A program made the translations under genes and the position numbers. A model generated the notes under the pieces. It was not told the DNA's origin, did no database searches, and worked only from the letters and a program-made list of their open reading frames with translations. From Podospora anserina (taxonomy: Eukaryota), in the NCBI GenBank assembly GCA_017654855.1, contig CM030338.1, positions 3,100,001-3,164,000 on the forward strand: a stretch of 64,000 nucleotides of DNA, given 5' to 3'. Below are positions 48,147 through 60,680 of this stretch, one piece after another. Position 1 is the stretch's first letter. Each line of letters starts with the position of its first letter.

Positions 48147-51100
48147 CTACTTCCGGCCCTTGAGCAGAGCCAAAAACCAATCGACCAGTGGCTTGCGTGC
48201 CGTCGTCGTCGTCAGCGTCCGCAAAAAGTCGTTGCTGTCCTGACCAAGCTGGTTTTGGACATGGTTGATATAGAGATCCGCCGTCTTCATCCAGATGGCC
48301 TGCTGGATGCCGGCGATTTCGTTGAGGATCTGTCTAGATGTCGCGTCGCTGCTCGGTCGGAACCCTCCGTCCTGCAAAACGTCCCAGCACACGCCGTGGA
48401 ACTGGGAGAGCATAAACTGCTCAAAGCCGGGGATGGTGGGAGAGGGAGGGCCGGTAGCGACTGGGTTCTCACCCGGGGTGATGATGTCGGGACCACCCCA
48501 CTGCGTAATCATGCGGCTGAGAACGTTAAAGGCGATCCGGCTGGCCACAAGGTTCCCATGGTTGAGGTTCTTGGCGACGCTGAAGATGGACGACACAAGA
48601 GACTCAAAGTTACCCTGGTTGGCCGCAGACACCAAAACGCCTCCAAGATCATTCATGAAGATAACCTGAACAAAAGAAACGTATTCCCGCCTCAGCTCCT
48701 GAAGCTGAATTTCATCATCGGTGCCGTTGATCGGCTCAGAAAGGCCACCAAAGACCCGCTGAAGAAGTGGTGTAAGGAGAAGATCGAGAATGTTGGAAAT
48801 CTCTCCCTTGAAGTTGTATACAATCTGCTCCAGCAGACGAAGGAACATAGCCATCTCGTCCTTGCTGGAGCTGCGAGAGAGCAGGCCTTCGATCCACTGT
48901 GGCAATTGTGGAAGAACGGCAGAGCCGAGGACGCCGAGCAGGCGGGAGAAGGCAGACCGGCAGGCCGCCCGGATCTCGTCACTCGTATTGAGCTGGTTCA
49001 AAGCAATCAGGATCGCCTCGGAAGCTCTTGTAAACTCGGCCGAGATCTCCTGTGCTGGCTGAGCCCGCGCCTTGGTGTGGCCAAGGGGCGTGTCGGCAAA
49101 ACCATTGGCCAAAGTACCGAGGGCCATGATAATGTGGTGAATCTGGAGAATGGCTTGCGCATCCCCGGCCTTGGCTCTTTCGAGGTGGACGCTCATATCT
49201 GAGAAAAGAGGCTCCATGACAGACCGAGCGTACAAGGCCTGGTCGGCAACAGGGGTGGCAGATGTAGCAGACACGCAGCCAACAGCCTCAAACAAGTAGA
49301 GCTGGCCATTGAAGACGGCATCGGCAGAGTGATCAGACTCATCAGAGGACATGTCATCGTCAGCGTCATTACTAGGGACCTCAGCCTTGATGGGCAGCAA
49401 GTCGCTGATGGACTCGATCACAGTCTTGGCGACATTGCCCACCTGCGCCCTCAAAGTCTTGACGAAGCGCAAGAACAGGTACCAAGAGCGTGTGCGCACC
49501 CTGACGTGCTCATGGTGCACCAGCCTTACGAAGTTCTCAAGGACCCGGGGGATGTAGTTTTGGTGAGACTCAAAGAAGCTGTGATAGCGGACGCAAATCT
49601 CCATGTACTGGAGCAAGATAGCTGGGTGGGCGTAGTTGGCAATACCTTTGACGTGTCAGCATTGCTCGTATTCAAGACGGGAAGAAAACTTACCAGAATC
49701 AACCATCTTGCTCATCATGAGAGCCAGGCGCTCCGCGGCTACAGGGTTTGGCTGACTCTTGGCAGCCAGTCCCATGTTGGGCAGCGCAAGCTCTCCAAAC
49801 AGGTACATTTCGTGAAGCGCCAGGTCCAGATCTCTCCAGTCCATCTGAGACCCTTGTTGCTGGAGGGTGGAAAACATGTTTCCGACTAGGTTGCTCATGA
49901 ACTCCATGCAGAGGTTCTCATCAACGGCAGCAACGCTCTTTTGGAGAATTTGCAGCCTCTTACGCAGCTCCAGAAACTCTGCTTCGTCTGTTTGCTCGTC
50001 TTCGAGGCCCCAGTTGGACGTCTCGTCGTACCTCATCTTGAGAACTATGGCGTTCAGGATGGGAGGAAGCATTTCGGCATAGGTCGCCGGAAGAGTCCTG
50101 ACTTTTCTAAGGAAAGTGAGGAGGTCGGTTAATGAGGGGATAACTGTGGAGCAGACCTCGTCGTACTCGTCCGAGAACAAGCGGAGCAGGGACGGCAGGA
50201 AGTATTGCAGAAGCTGCTCAGCCTTCGCCCTCGTATCGTTGTCAACCTTGCCGTCCTCAAGCACGCGAACAATATCTGACATGATGGCGTTGACAAGCTT
50301 GGCGACCACCTCGGCCAGATCCGTGTCGTACTGGGAGGTTCCCTTCCACTCATTGAGTGGGGGACTGGCCAGCAATTCTGTGATGATTTCGCGAAGCTGC
50401 AAGAAGTTGATCATCTCGATCTTGTCGCTCGCCTTCATTTTCTTGCTGACAATCTCGGTAAAGGTGTCAACAGCTATATCTCTGACCTTGTCCTCGCCAC
50501 CTGAAGCATTTGACCTCCCGACCAAGGGCAGCAGAAGACCGAGCATTTGTTGGTTGATGACCAGCGAGATGTCGATCCAGCTCACCCATTTCCCAATGAT
50601 TTTGAGCGTCATCTCAACGACTCCATCGTGCTGGTTGCTGTACCGAGACAGAATATCGGTCCATGACGTGGCAATTTTGGCCATATCTCGCTCACGAATA
50701 AGGTCCTTGAGATCACTGTTTCTCTTCGCCTCCTGCTCCTGCCGGCTGAGCATCAAGTCGGCAATCTCGTCGTGAATCGAGCTGAGAATGCGGAGGTATA
50801 ATATGACGCCAGGGAGGTTGTCATTCTGGGCAATGGCATAAAAGTCCTGAACGAAGCTGCTCCAGTGTTCCCTGTACAAGAAGACAAAGAGGTATGTGAG
50901 GGTTTGCGTCAGCTTGTTTTGGAGATGTGCTGGGTCGACCTGACTTTGGGTGTTGCTCGTGTATGTCCGTCCGATATATTCGAGGAGAGACTGCTTCAGG
51001 TACACGAGGCTGGCTGCATCCAGGGCTTCTGAATGAACGGCATTGTTTATGATTTCGAGCGAGACTAGTCGTACGACTTCGGACGCTGGGGGGGATCGGG

Positions 51101-51369
51101 TAAAGAGGCCGATGCAGACCTGCCAGGCCTGGGGGTCTACTCGCAGCTGGTTAAGGTACTCGAAAGCCTGGCCCTTGAGCTCCTGGCTGGAACTAGGGTT
51201 CCAGGCGACCTCGATCGCATTCTCGATCTATGAGGGCAGAGCATGTTAGCATGGTCATGCGACACGGCCCAGACGACGGCGACGGTTATCCCTCCTCTGG
51301 TGGTAGCGGGGTTGGGAGATTGGGCGCTTTTTGCGGGGAACTAGATCATGGGCTTACCTGGGCGTCCAT
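48147..51369 (-). CDS. LOS1: Exportin-T (tRNA exportin, Los1); introns 51228-51357 and 49646-49693
   Basis: MDAQ-IENAIEVAWNP..LKGQAFEYLNQLR after splicing; LQNKLTQTLTYLF; RNSDLKDLIR; KWVSWIDI; YMEICVRY; RTRSWYLFLRF; QLYLFEAVG. Confidence 0.92.
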
Positions 51370-52031
51370 TGCCGGACACAGTGGTTAATGTGGTGTGTGG
51401 TGAGGGATTCGGAGTCCTTATATTTCGGTGGGCTATTATTTTTGATGCGAGGCTGCTATAACTCTGGAAGCTGTGGTGGAGAGCACTCGGCATTCTCAGA
51501 TACGGCAGATGTGGCGCCGAAGATACATGAGTCGACCTTGCTTCAGTTGGCCTCCATGGTCTGCGGGGAATAAGTAAGGTAGGGCGGCGGTGAGGGATGG
51601 GGGGTTGTTCGGATGGAGACGGTGCACAGTTAAAGACACACTCTTGTTCAGTGTGTACAGCCGCGGCGTGAGTTGCTTGGAAGTTTGTTTCTATTTCGAC
51701 TCGTTCTCAATCTGGGGAAACAAAGCGGTGGATGGAAATGGGATGCTGCAAAAGATGGTGGGGCAGAGGGAGTCAAAAAAGTCAACCTCTACAGTAAAAG
51801 GCCAGGCTTCCAGACTGCCACCTGAATTGGTGGGGCACGCGCACGTGCCACCATCCCTCTCTCCTCTCTAAAACACAAGACAATGAATGCCCATTGTGAT
51901 ACACTGCATAGGGATATTCATAAATCCTTTGCTAAACCCCCAACGCCATAACCAGATACATTGGCTTCAAAACAAACCCCTTATTTTCCTTCCTCATAAC
52001 TACCTCAATCCAAGACCGTCCCCCCGTTGAC

Positions 52032-53874
52032 TCAACCAGTCTTCTTCTTCTTCTTTGGCCGCTCTTCCTCCTCCTCTTCAGCATCTTCCATCTCCTCGTC
52101 TTCGTCATCATCCACCTCATTATCAACATCACTCTCTCCGCTGCCTGAACCATCACTTTCGTGATTGCTGTCGTATTCCTCGGCGACGTCGCTGTCCGAG
52201 TCAGCCTGGAAGTCCTCATCCACGCTCTCCTCATCTTCGTCGGCCGAGCCGCGATCGGCCTTGTTCTGGACCACTTCCTCGTCTGAGCTGGCCATGTCCT
52301 CCGCTCTCATGGCCGCAGCAAGCATGTTGGCATCCTCATCGATTTCGTTCTTAACGCGAAGACCCTTGTACTGGAAGAAGTCCTCGAGTCCCTTAAGATC
52401 TTCACGGTTGATGTTGCTAAACTGCGAGTTGCCGCCGCCCTTCATGTGGACTGTTATATCAAACGTCGACAGGGCGGAGACAGCTCCCCCAACGCGAGAG
52501 AAGGTGATGGACTGCGTTTGATCGTATGCGATGTAGGTGGCTGGCTTGGGCACGAACATGAACGCCTTTTCCAGGCAGTACAAGAAGCCCTCGCTGGCCT
52601 TGATCGAACACTTGATGCCGGACTGGGCCCGGTGTGTCTGGAAGTTTTTGGCAGGTGAGAGAATCTTCTTGCCCGCGAGTCCTCTAAAAATCTGGGCCAC
52701 CACGCTGTGCAGGGGCTGCTCGTAGTGAGACTCGAGCTTGCCCTTGTACTTCTCGTTGAGGTCTTCTTCAGGGAGGTTCAGATCCAGCGTCACTTCCTCG
52801 TCCGTCTTGAACTGCATCACAAGGAATGGATACCTGGTCTGACCCTGGCGCAAGGGTGGATCCAGCCCGATGCAGAGGAGATAGTGAACCTCGTCGGGCT
52901 TGGGAAGAACCATGAACTTCTTGATGGCTTCGTACTGGATCTTGTAGTCGTATGTTTTGCCGCGAAGACGAAAGGATGTATCGTACATATCGATATCGAA
53001 ACGACCTCTTGGCGTGAGGTGCAAGACATCGAGGAAGGTGGCAATCGTGTCGCCGGCCGACTCGCCAATCTCGGCCTTCTCAATGAGGGTGTCGTAGAAG
53101 AGAGTGACGGCGTTCTTCTCTTCCTCGTCTGCATCGCTGCCAGCATCACCGCCCTCGGCCTCTTTCCGGGTGGTTGTTCCTGGAATGTAAAACCTCATCT
53201 CGACCATCTGGTCCTTTCCGGCGGACGCCTTCTTTCCCTTTCCAGGGGTGGCACCATTCTGACCGGCTTTCCCACCCTCGCCAACAGCAAACTCGACAGC
53301 GATTTCGTTTCTGCCGGCAAGGTTGGTGTTGGAGATTTCAGAGTAGGGGATTTCGAAGGCGGGACGGTTCTGGACGTTGAATGTGAGCTCCGCCTTTCCA
53401 AACTCGGCCTTGCCCCAGTTCCAGCCGCGCAGCGAATGCTCCTTGTTTTCTAGGTTCGTGCTATACCAGTTCTTGAAGATTTTGCTCAAGCGCTCGTAGT
53501 CCTGTTGGGGCGGGGGGCTGTCAGCAGCTGTCTCGGCTTGTGTCAATGTCGAATATTAGGCACCCACCTCTTGCTGAAAACCGTCTAGTTGAATGATGCC
53601 CGAATTCCTCTGCAGAATCTTGATCTCGTAGCCCTTGGCGGCTCTGCTCCATTGCGCACCGCCAATGTTGCCCTGATCGAGTGTGAAGGTGTCGCCGCCG
53701 CCTACTGGCTTCCAACCGAGACCGGTCTCCGCGAATCTGCACTTTCCGTGCTCCTTGGACAGGTCCAGGTAAATGTTGTCGAAACTCTCACTGCGCAGCG
53801 GTCAGTCTGGGAAGCTCAAGCGATCAGGCGCATAGAAATGGAGTTCAGAAGTAAACAACGTACATGGCGGCCAT
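52032..53874 (-). CDS. POB3: FACT complex subunit Pob3/SSRP1; introns 53791-53863 and 53502-53567
   Basis: MAAI-ESFDNIYLDLSKEHGKCRFAETGLGWKP; GWNWG; TPRGRFDID; LDPPLRQGQTRYP; acidic tail ending in RPKKKKKTG (NLS-like). Confidence 0.96.
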
Positions 53875-54529
53875 GGTGATGGTTTCCTATCCAAAGTCTC
53901 GGAGATGGTTTGGATGGCGTTGTGGGTGACTGGAGGTTGTCGGAGACAAAATTGAAGGCGGCGTCGAAAGAACTTCCACTCGGCGCGCCTCTGAAAGGGA
54001 ATCGGCACCGTGACGCGACAAGCTAAATTGGTGGTCCGTGTCCCTTTCTTGGCGGCTCTGGGGCAGTAGCTGAACTGCCGGGCGGTGTGGCTTCCAGGAC
54101 AGCAGGTGGCTTTTGGCTTGCAGGGAAAAGCTTGGGCCAGGAGAGCCCCTAGAAAGGTGGGGGTCAACTCTTTTGTTCACTTTTATCTTGGAGCACCACC
54201 TACAACGCTCCCGAGTGTGCGGCTGGACGGCACGTATAAAGAAACATACGTTTGGCTGTCTTATTCTTATGCTCCCCAAATTAGGCCTAGTGAACAAGTG
54301 GCTAACAGGGAAACCGCAAAACCGTGAAATATTATCGACTGTTGACTTAGTTTGCAGCCCCAATTTCCCCTACCACGAGTATGCCGTCCATGTAAGTACC
54401 TATGTATGCCGTCCACGTTGGGAAACTTTCGCGCCTCAGTGGAAACAACTAATAAAGTTTGGGGCAGAATGTCACGCTCTTGTCCAAAGTTCTCTTTAAT
54501 CCTGCGTAAGTTTAAGCCCTCTTGCCTCC

Positions 54530-54594
54530 CTTGCTCGAAAGTGAAGCCCACTTGCTCGAAAGTTAAGCCTACTTACTTAGAAATCGACACCTAT
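54530..54594 (+). repeat. 21-nt tandem repeat (CTTGCTCGAAAGTKAAGCCYA) x2 plus a degenerate third copy
   Basis: Units at 54530-54550 and 54551-54571 differ at 2 of 21 positions. Confidence 0.8.
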
Positions 54595-54799
54595 CACAAA
54601 GTTTAAATACCTGCCACCACCTGTCTCTCCCGATTGCATCCCAAAATCTACTCTCTGGTTCAGAACAGGCTACACCTCATCACCTTCACTGGTTCAGAAC
54701 AGTCTGCAACGCACCATCTTATCTTTGGTTCAGCTATCCAAGCATCACCGTCAAACCACACCACACACCATCTCTCAAGATACACAGACCAATTCCAAA

Positions 54800-55462
54800 A
54801 TGGACGGTTTCAATCTGTCCTAGTTTACCCAGGAAATAAAGGCCTACATGGATCTGCGCTCCACCAACCTGGATACGCGCCTCACCCACATGGAGCAGAG
54901 TCTCACCCACATGGAGCAGTTCTTCACCAACATGGATCAGCGCATTAACCAACTCAAGACCTATCGAGACGGGCTTCGCCAACATCAATAGCCGAATGGA
55001 CAACCTCGATGGCCCACGCAAAGTCTCAACAACCTCACACAATTTGACAGATAAAAAATCTCAGGCACACAATATTGGGCAACAACAACAGCAGGATCTC
55101 GACTATTAATACTGCAATCGGCAGAATTGAGGCTTGAATCGATGGTCTCGAGCAGCACATGGGTGTCCTGTACAATCAACTTTCTCGGGAGATCACCAAT
55201 GCCTCCAAAAATTTTGAGCGAGAAGCATGAAGCATTGCGGCAAGACGTGAACGCAAAGATGAACAAGTTTGAACTGAGAATCAATCGCAAGGTGGACGAC
55301 CACATGCAGTTGCGGGATATGGTAAGCTTTTTTCACTTTACTTTACCCAGTATCAACATACAAGCACCCCTGCTTTCTTCATACATACGTGTGCATAGAT
55401 ACTAACTGCTGTAGGTCATTTTATAGTTTCATGATCGTCGTGAGGCTACTTCGTTTAGTTGA
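54800..55462 (+). pseudogene. Decayed heptad-repeat coiled-coil protein gene
   Basis: MDGFNLS*FTQEIKAYMDLRSTNLDTRLTHMEQSLTHMEQFFTNMDQRINQLKT, then frameshifted IETGFANINSRMDNLD, TAIGRIEA*IDGLEQHM and LSEKHEALRQDVNAKMNKFELRINRKVDDHMQLRDM. It retains a canonical intron at 55322-55414. Confidence 0.6.
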
Positions 55463-56096
55463 CTAGCAAGGCTTTTCGAGCGCCGATAGCGTAACGGGTT
55501 TGGTTTGGGTTGAAGGATGGATCTGAGAGCTCAGTACTATTGTGGATGATTGTGGGGCGGATGAGTGAGGTTGAAGTGATCAAGTCAAGCCTCCGAGAAA
55601 CTACCAGAACATAGAAAAATCAAGGCTCGTTCAAAGTCAGTGTTCAGGATCTGTGTTTTAGTTTTGTAGCTATATCAGCACCCTCCGCACACAACAATTG
55701 GCACAGCAAAAGTCAGTTAACCTATATCAAATTGTGAGCCATGCCTCCCAAGGAAAACCAATAGGCCTTTTAGCTATCTTTAAAGGCCTAATAATTTTCC
55801 TTCAAGGTATAGTTTACACTATAACAGAGGTAACCTACTTACTTTGGTGCTTATTATTTTGCCCGTTTTGTGTCATCACTCGTACCAAGTTACTAAAAGC
55901 GCTCCTTCCGTAGTTTCCAAGCATGTAATATTCCACGTAGCATTAATAAGCTGTTGGTTCTGGGGACTTCTTCTACTTTGTGCATAACAATCATTGCTGA
56001 TGATAAATAAAATGCATAACCTATAAACCGCCTTTGCTCGCTAATTATATAGTTCCCTGAATAAACCCCTTTACAAACACCACCACCCTCACTCAC

Positions 56097-57970
56097 TCAA
56101 AGTTTAACATCCCCGGGCGTCCCCTTCTTGGCCCAGTCCCGAAGGACGTTCTTCCTTATCTTCCCCGTGCTCGTCTTTGGCAACTCCCTCACCACCTCCA
56201 CCTCCCTCGGCACCATGAATTTACTGATACTGCTCTGGTGTTTCGCCCACTCGATAAACTCCTTTTCGTCAATCGTCTGTCCTTGCTTGACTGTGAGGTA
56301 AGCCTTTGGCCTCTCCCCCCAGTGAGAGTCTGGCACTGCGACGACGCCGGCTTCGAGGACGGAGGGGTGCTCGACTAGCATTGATTCAAGGGCGACAGAG
56401 GAGATGTTTTCACCACCTATATAAAACAAACAAAAATTGTCAGGTTTTTTTTTTTTTTGGGGGGGGGGGTTTGGAAGGGGGGAACCAACCAGAGATAATG
56501 ATATCCTTCTGCCTATCTTGAATCAAAATACTCCCATCCTCACACCAGACTGCCAGGTCCCCAGAGCGGAGAACACCCCCCTCAAAGAGCTTCCTCGTCG
56601 CCTCCGGGTCTTTGTAGTACCCCTTGCAGCAGATATTCCCCTCAAAAACAATCTCGCCTACTTCCTTTCCGTTCTTGGCAACGTCTACCGGCTCCTCGCC
56701 TAGGCTACTCCCATCCTCTGCCGTCTTGATGACACGCACACCAAGCGAGGTAAGAAATCCATGACCTTGCCTTGCCATTTTTGCAAACTTCTCGTGGGGG
56801 GGCAGGAGGTCCCATTCTGGTAGGAGGTAACCCCTGGTGATTGGACCGTATGTTTCGGTAAGACCATAGACGTGGACAGGGTAGAGGTTTAACGCGGTCA
56901 TTTGCTCGAATAACCTCGCTGTTGGGGGGGACGCAGCAACAGTGACACGGACTGGGTTGGGGAGGACTTCGGCGTTGGGGTCGGCGCACAAAAGGGTGTT
57001 GACTGTTGGTGCTGCGTTGAAGTGGGTGACCCCCTCGTTTTTGAGAAGAGACCAGATAAGCGGGTAGTCTATCTTCCTCAGACAGACGTGGGTTCCCCTC
57101 ACGGCGGTGATGGCCCAGGGAAAGGTCCAGCCTACGGCGTGGAACATGGGGAGGGTCCAGAGATACTTGCACCTGCCGTCTGGGAGGTTGAGGCCCGACT
57201 CGACAATGTTGGCCATGGTTGCCAGGTAGGCCCCGCGGTGGGTGTAGATTACCCCCTTTGGGCGGGAGGTTGTGCCAGAGGTGAAAGGGAGGGCGATGGT
57301 GGAATCTTCGTCGGGGACGCGGGCTGAGATGAGGTCTGACCAGCCTTTTGAGCCGGTGGTGCGGTCGAGGATGAGGCCTTCGAGGACTGCTTCGTCAAAG
57401 GGGCCGGAGAGGACGCCTTCTGTTGTGTCGGTGTCCTGATAGTGTTAGTTATTAGCTTTTATGGGAGATGAGAGAGCGTGGGGGGCTTACAAGATCAACG
57501 ATGATTTTGACATTGGGGTGAGATTCTGTAAAGGCCTTCAACAGATTCTCATACTCCTTGTCGACAATGATGCAGTCCACCTCGGCAAAGTCGAAGATGT
57601 AGGTGATATCATCTGGCTTCAGCCTGTAGTTTACTGGCACAATCACACCCCCAGCAGCAACAATCCCAAAGATGCTCTCCAAAAACGCCGGCGTGTTGGG
57701 TGCTAGCAGACCAATGCGCTTGTAGCCATGCTTGCGGAAGTAGTACGCCAGCCCACGGGCACGGTCAGCGAGCTCCATGTAGGACCGCCGGAGGATCTTG
57801 TTGTTGGCTGTGACATGGTAGACGGCCTCGGCATCGGGCTCAATGGCAGCGGCGCGTTCGAGGAAGTAAGTTGGCGAGAGGTGGGAGAAGTGGTGGGGTA
57901 CTGATTCAGGGGTAGCCGAGTGAAAGATGTGGCCGAGGACGTTTCTGAGGCGGTTGGAGGGGCCTGACAT
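56097..57970 (-). CDS. AMP-binding acyl-CoA synthetase (AAE7/medium-chain-like) with N-terminal PTS2; introns 57436-57490 and 56417-56489
   Basis: LSPTYFLERAA; AMP motif FTSGTTSRPKGV (in 57220-57290); YLWTLPMFHAVGW; HVYGLTETYGP; SGDLAV; DRQKDIIISGGENISS; WGERP; LPKTSTGKI. Confidence 0.92.
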
Positions 57971-58232
57971 TGTGAATGACGATGAGGGTTGACGGTGACG
58001 GCGGATGGGAACCAAGCAACGACAAACACCGGTGAACTAGTAGTAACCAAAGATGGGGAAAAAGCCGTTGGACCGAGAGACCAAAAAAACCAAACCAGTG
58101 AAAAAACAGACGATAGCAACACGCCAACGACCACGTCAACAGCGAGGGGACAAGGAGAAAGGGGGAGCAGGGAACCAGCGACGAGCGAGCGAACACCTAA
58201 TACCTAGTAGCAGCAACAGAAAAGAGAGGATG

Positions 58233-58293
58233 GGAAGAGGAGAGGAGAGGAGAGGAGAGGTATAGTTACATATATATATATATATATATATAT
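58233..58293 (+). repeat. (GAGGA)n followed by (TA)n in the acyl-CoA synthetase promoter
   Basis: gaggagaggagaggagaggagagg, then about 12 TA dinucleotides. Confidence 0.8.
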
Positions 58294-59169
58294 GACTGTC
58301 TCAAAAACAGGTAAAACATCCAGCCGTCCGGGGCACACCATACCTACATCACATCTCCAGCATAACCGTGTTCAAATGGGGGGTTCCTTTCCTCGGCATC
58401 GAGAAGCCCACACAGAGTCCACAAAGCTTGAACAGCGCGGCCCCGGGACCACAGCGTGCCGCCGCCGTGTGCAAGCAACAGGATCGCCAAGCGGGCCAAC
58501 TTCCCCGCATCCGCGCAATGCCCAGGGCTAGGCCGGATTGGGGTAATCCACTTGACCGACCGAGAGGGCGGAGGTGCCGGTGATTGCCGCTCCTCATTCT
58601 CACATGTTCAACTCTTTCTGTGTATCATCAAGTGTTCGTATTCCAAAGAGAGAGAGACAGCAAGAGATGAGACGGAAAATATATCCAGAGAAGGCAAACT
58701 TGTCAGAGGAAAACAAGAGTTTCACCCCACGTTCCGGTCTAAGTCTAGTCCCTTCTCAGAAAACCGTACCTGGAATTACCCCACAGTTTCCCCAATCTTG
58801 GCCTCTACGGAGCAGCCCACGTTGTTTTTTCTCAGCAAGCTAACCTGGGCCAGCATCATCAACCAAAGCCTGGAAAGTGGCAAGGACATCGAATCGCTCT
58901 TTCGGGGAGATGCTATTCGCGGCAGGGTCAGCCTCGCAACCACATCGGAATAACAAGCATTATGTCGTTTCATCTTCACATTCACATTCACACATCAAGG
59001 ACCAGGTAATCAACTACCCATCAATCTTCATCTCATCATCCTCTTCCCTTTGGGGAGGACATTTCCATTCCATGTCATACATACATCCAAAAAAAAGAAA
59101 GAAAAAAAAAGGAAAAACTATCAATGCTCGCTATTCCACCCATCCATCCCATGTTTCACGAACCCCTTC

Positions 59170-60680
59170 TTACTCCTTCTTAATCAAGCTCTCAAACAGC
59201 GGCTTCATCGCCTTGGCGCTCTTCTTGGGGTATCTCTTCTGATCATTCTCATAGTCGACATACGTCACACCAAACCTCGTCTCGTACCCCTCAGCCCATT
59301 CAAAGTTGTCCATCAGCGACCAGGCCAGGTAACCCCGGACGTTGACGCCATCCTCTGAGAAGGCCTTGGCCATGGCGTGGACATAGTCGTCAAAGTACTT
59401 GACTCTAAAGTCGTCCTCGACAATCTGCTCCAGGCTCATGTCGTTCTCGCCCTTGAGCGAGGTGCCGTTCTCGGTGACGTAGATCTTGGGGTAGCCGTAC
59501 CTCTTGCTCAGCCAGTTGAGCAAGTCCCGGAAACCCTGGGCGTGGGGGCGGAGCCAGAAGGACTGCGTCTCGGGGCCGATGCACTCGCCGCTCTTGGAGT
59601 AGAAGAGCGTCTCGAGGTTGCCGAGGAAGTCGTCGTCGGGAGGGGTGCCGGTCTTGTGCTTGATGTAGTTGGCCGTGTAGTGGTTCATGCCATAAAAGTC
59701 GTTGGAGCCCTTGACGAGCGCAACCTCCTCAGGAGTGAAAGTGGGGAGGCGGTCGCCGAGCTGCTTGAGCATCGAGTCGGGGTACTTGCCAAAGTAGATG
59801 GGGTCGGCAAACCACGAGATGGCGAACTCGATCTTGCGGTCGCAGGCCTCGACGTCGGCGGGGTCCTCGGGGTCCCAGGGGAGGACGGCGTCGCCGTTCA
59901 GCGTGATGCCGATCTCGCCGCCGTTGACGGGCTTGAACTCCTCGCGGTAGACCTTGACGGCCTTGCCGTGGGCGATGAGGATGTTGTGGCCGACGATCCA
60001 GCACTCGCGGGCGCTGTCGCCGACGGCGGAGCGGGTGCGGTCAGAGGTGTGGCCGGGGGCGAAGTAGCCAGAGTTGTAGCCGAGGATGGAGGTGCACCAG
60101 GGCTCGTTGAAGGTGATCCAGTGCTTGCACTTGGGGATGGCCTTGAAGAGGACGCGGGCGTAGTTCTCAAAGTCGGCGGTGAACTCCTCCTTGTTGAGGA
60201 AGCCGCCGTAGCGCTTGTCGAGGGCGTCGGGGAGATCCCAGTGGAAGAGGGTGATGAAGGGGGTGATGCCGGCCTCGAGGAGGTCGTCGACGAACTTGAC
60301 GTAGTGGTCAAGACCCTTCTGGTTGACGGGGTCGTTGCGGCCACCGAGGGGGATGACGCGGGACCAGGAGATGGAGAAGCGGTAGGCCTTGGCGCCCAAC
60401 GACTTCAGGAGGTCAATGTCCTCCTTGGTGCGCTTGTACGAGTCACAAGCGACGGCACCGGAGCTGCCATCAGCGATCTTGCCGGGGATGGCACAGAAGG
60501 TGTCCCAAATGGAGGGGCCACGGCCATCGACATCAGCGGAACCCTCGATCTGGTACCTGTGTGTGAGGGAGAACAACGTTAGTCATGCTGATGAGGTAGG
60601 TAAGGCAGATAAGAGGTGGATGAGGGACAAACTCACGCAGCGGTAGCGAAACCCCACAGGAAATCACTGGGAAGAGACAT
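59170..60680 (-). CDS. Intracellular GH1 beta-glucosidase; intron 60557-60636
   Basis: MSLPSDFLWGFATAA-YQIEG; YRFSISWSR; acid/base TFNEP; nucleophile VTENG; WSLMDNFEWAEGY..RFG. No signal peptide; strong C/G-ending codon bias. Confidence 0.97.

Noticed and set aside
48003..49202. 399-aa + strand ORF
   Set aside because: Antisense shadow of exportin-T.
59377..60582. 401-aa + strand ORF
   Set aside because: Antisense shadow of the strongly codon-biased GH1 gene.
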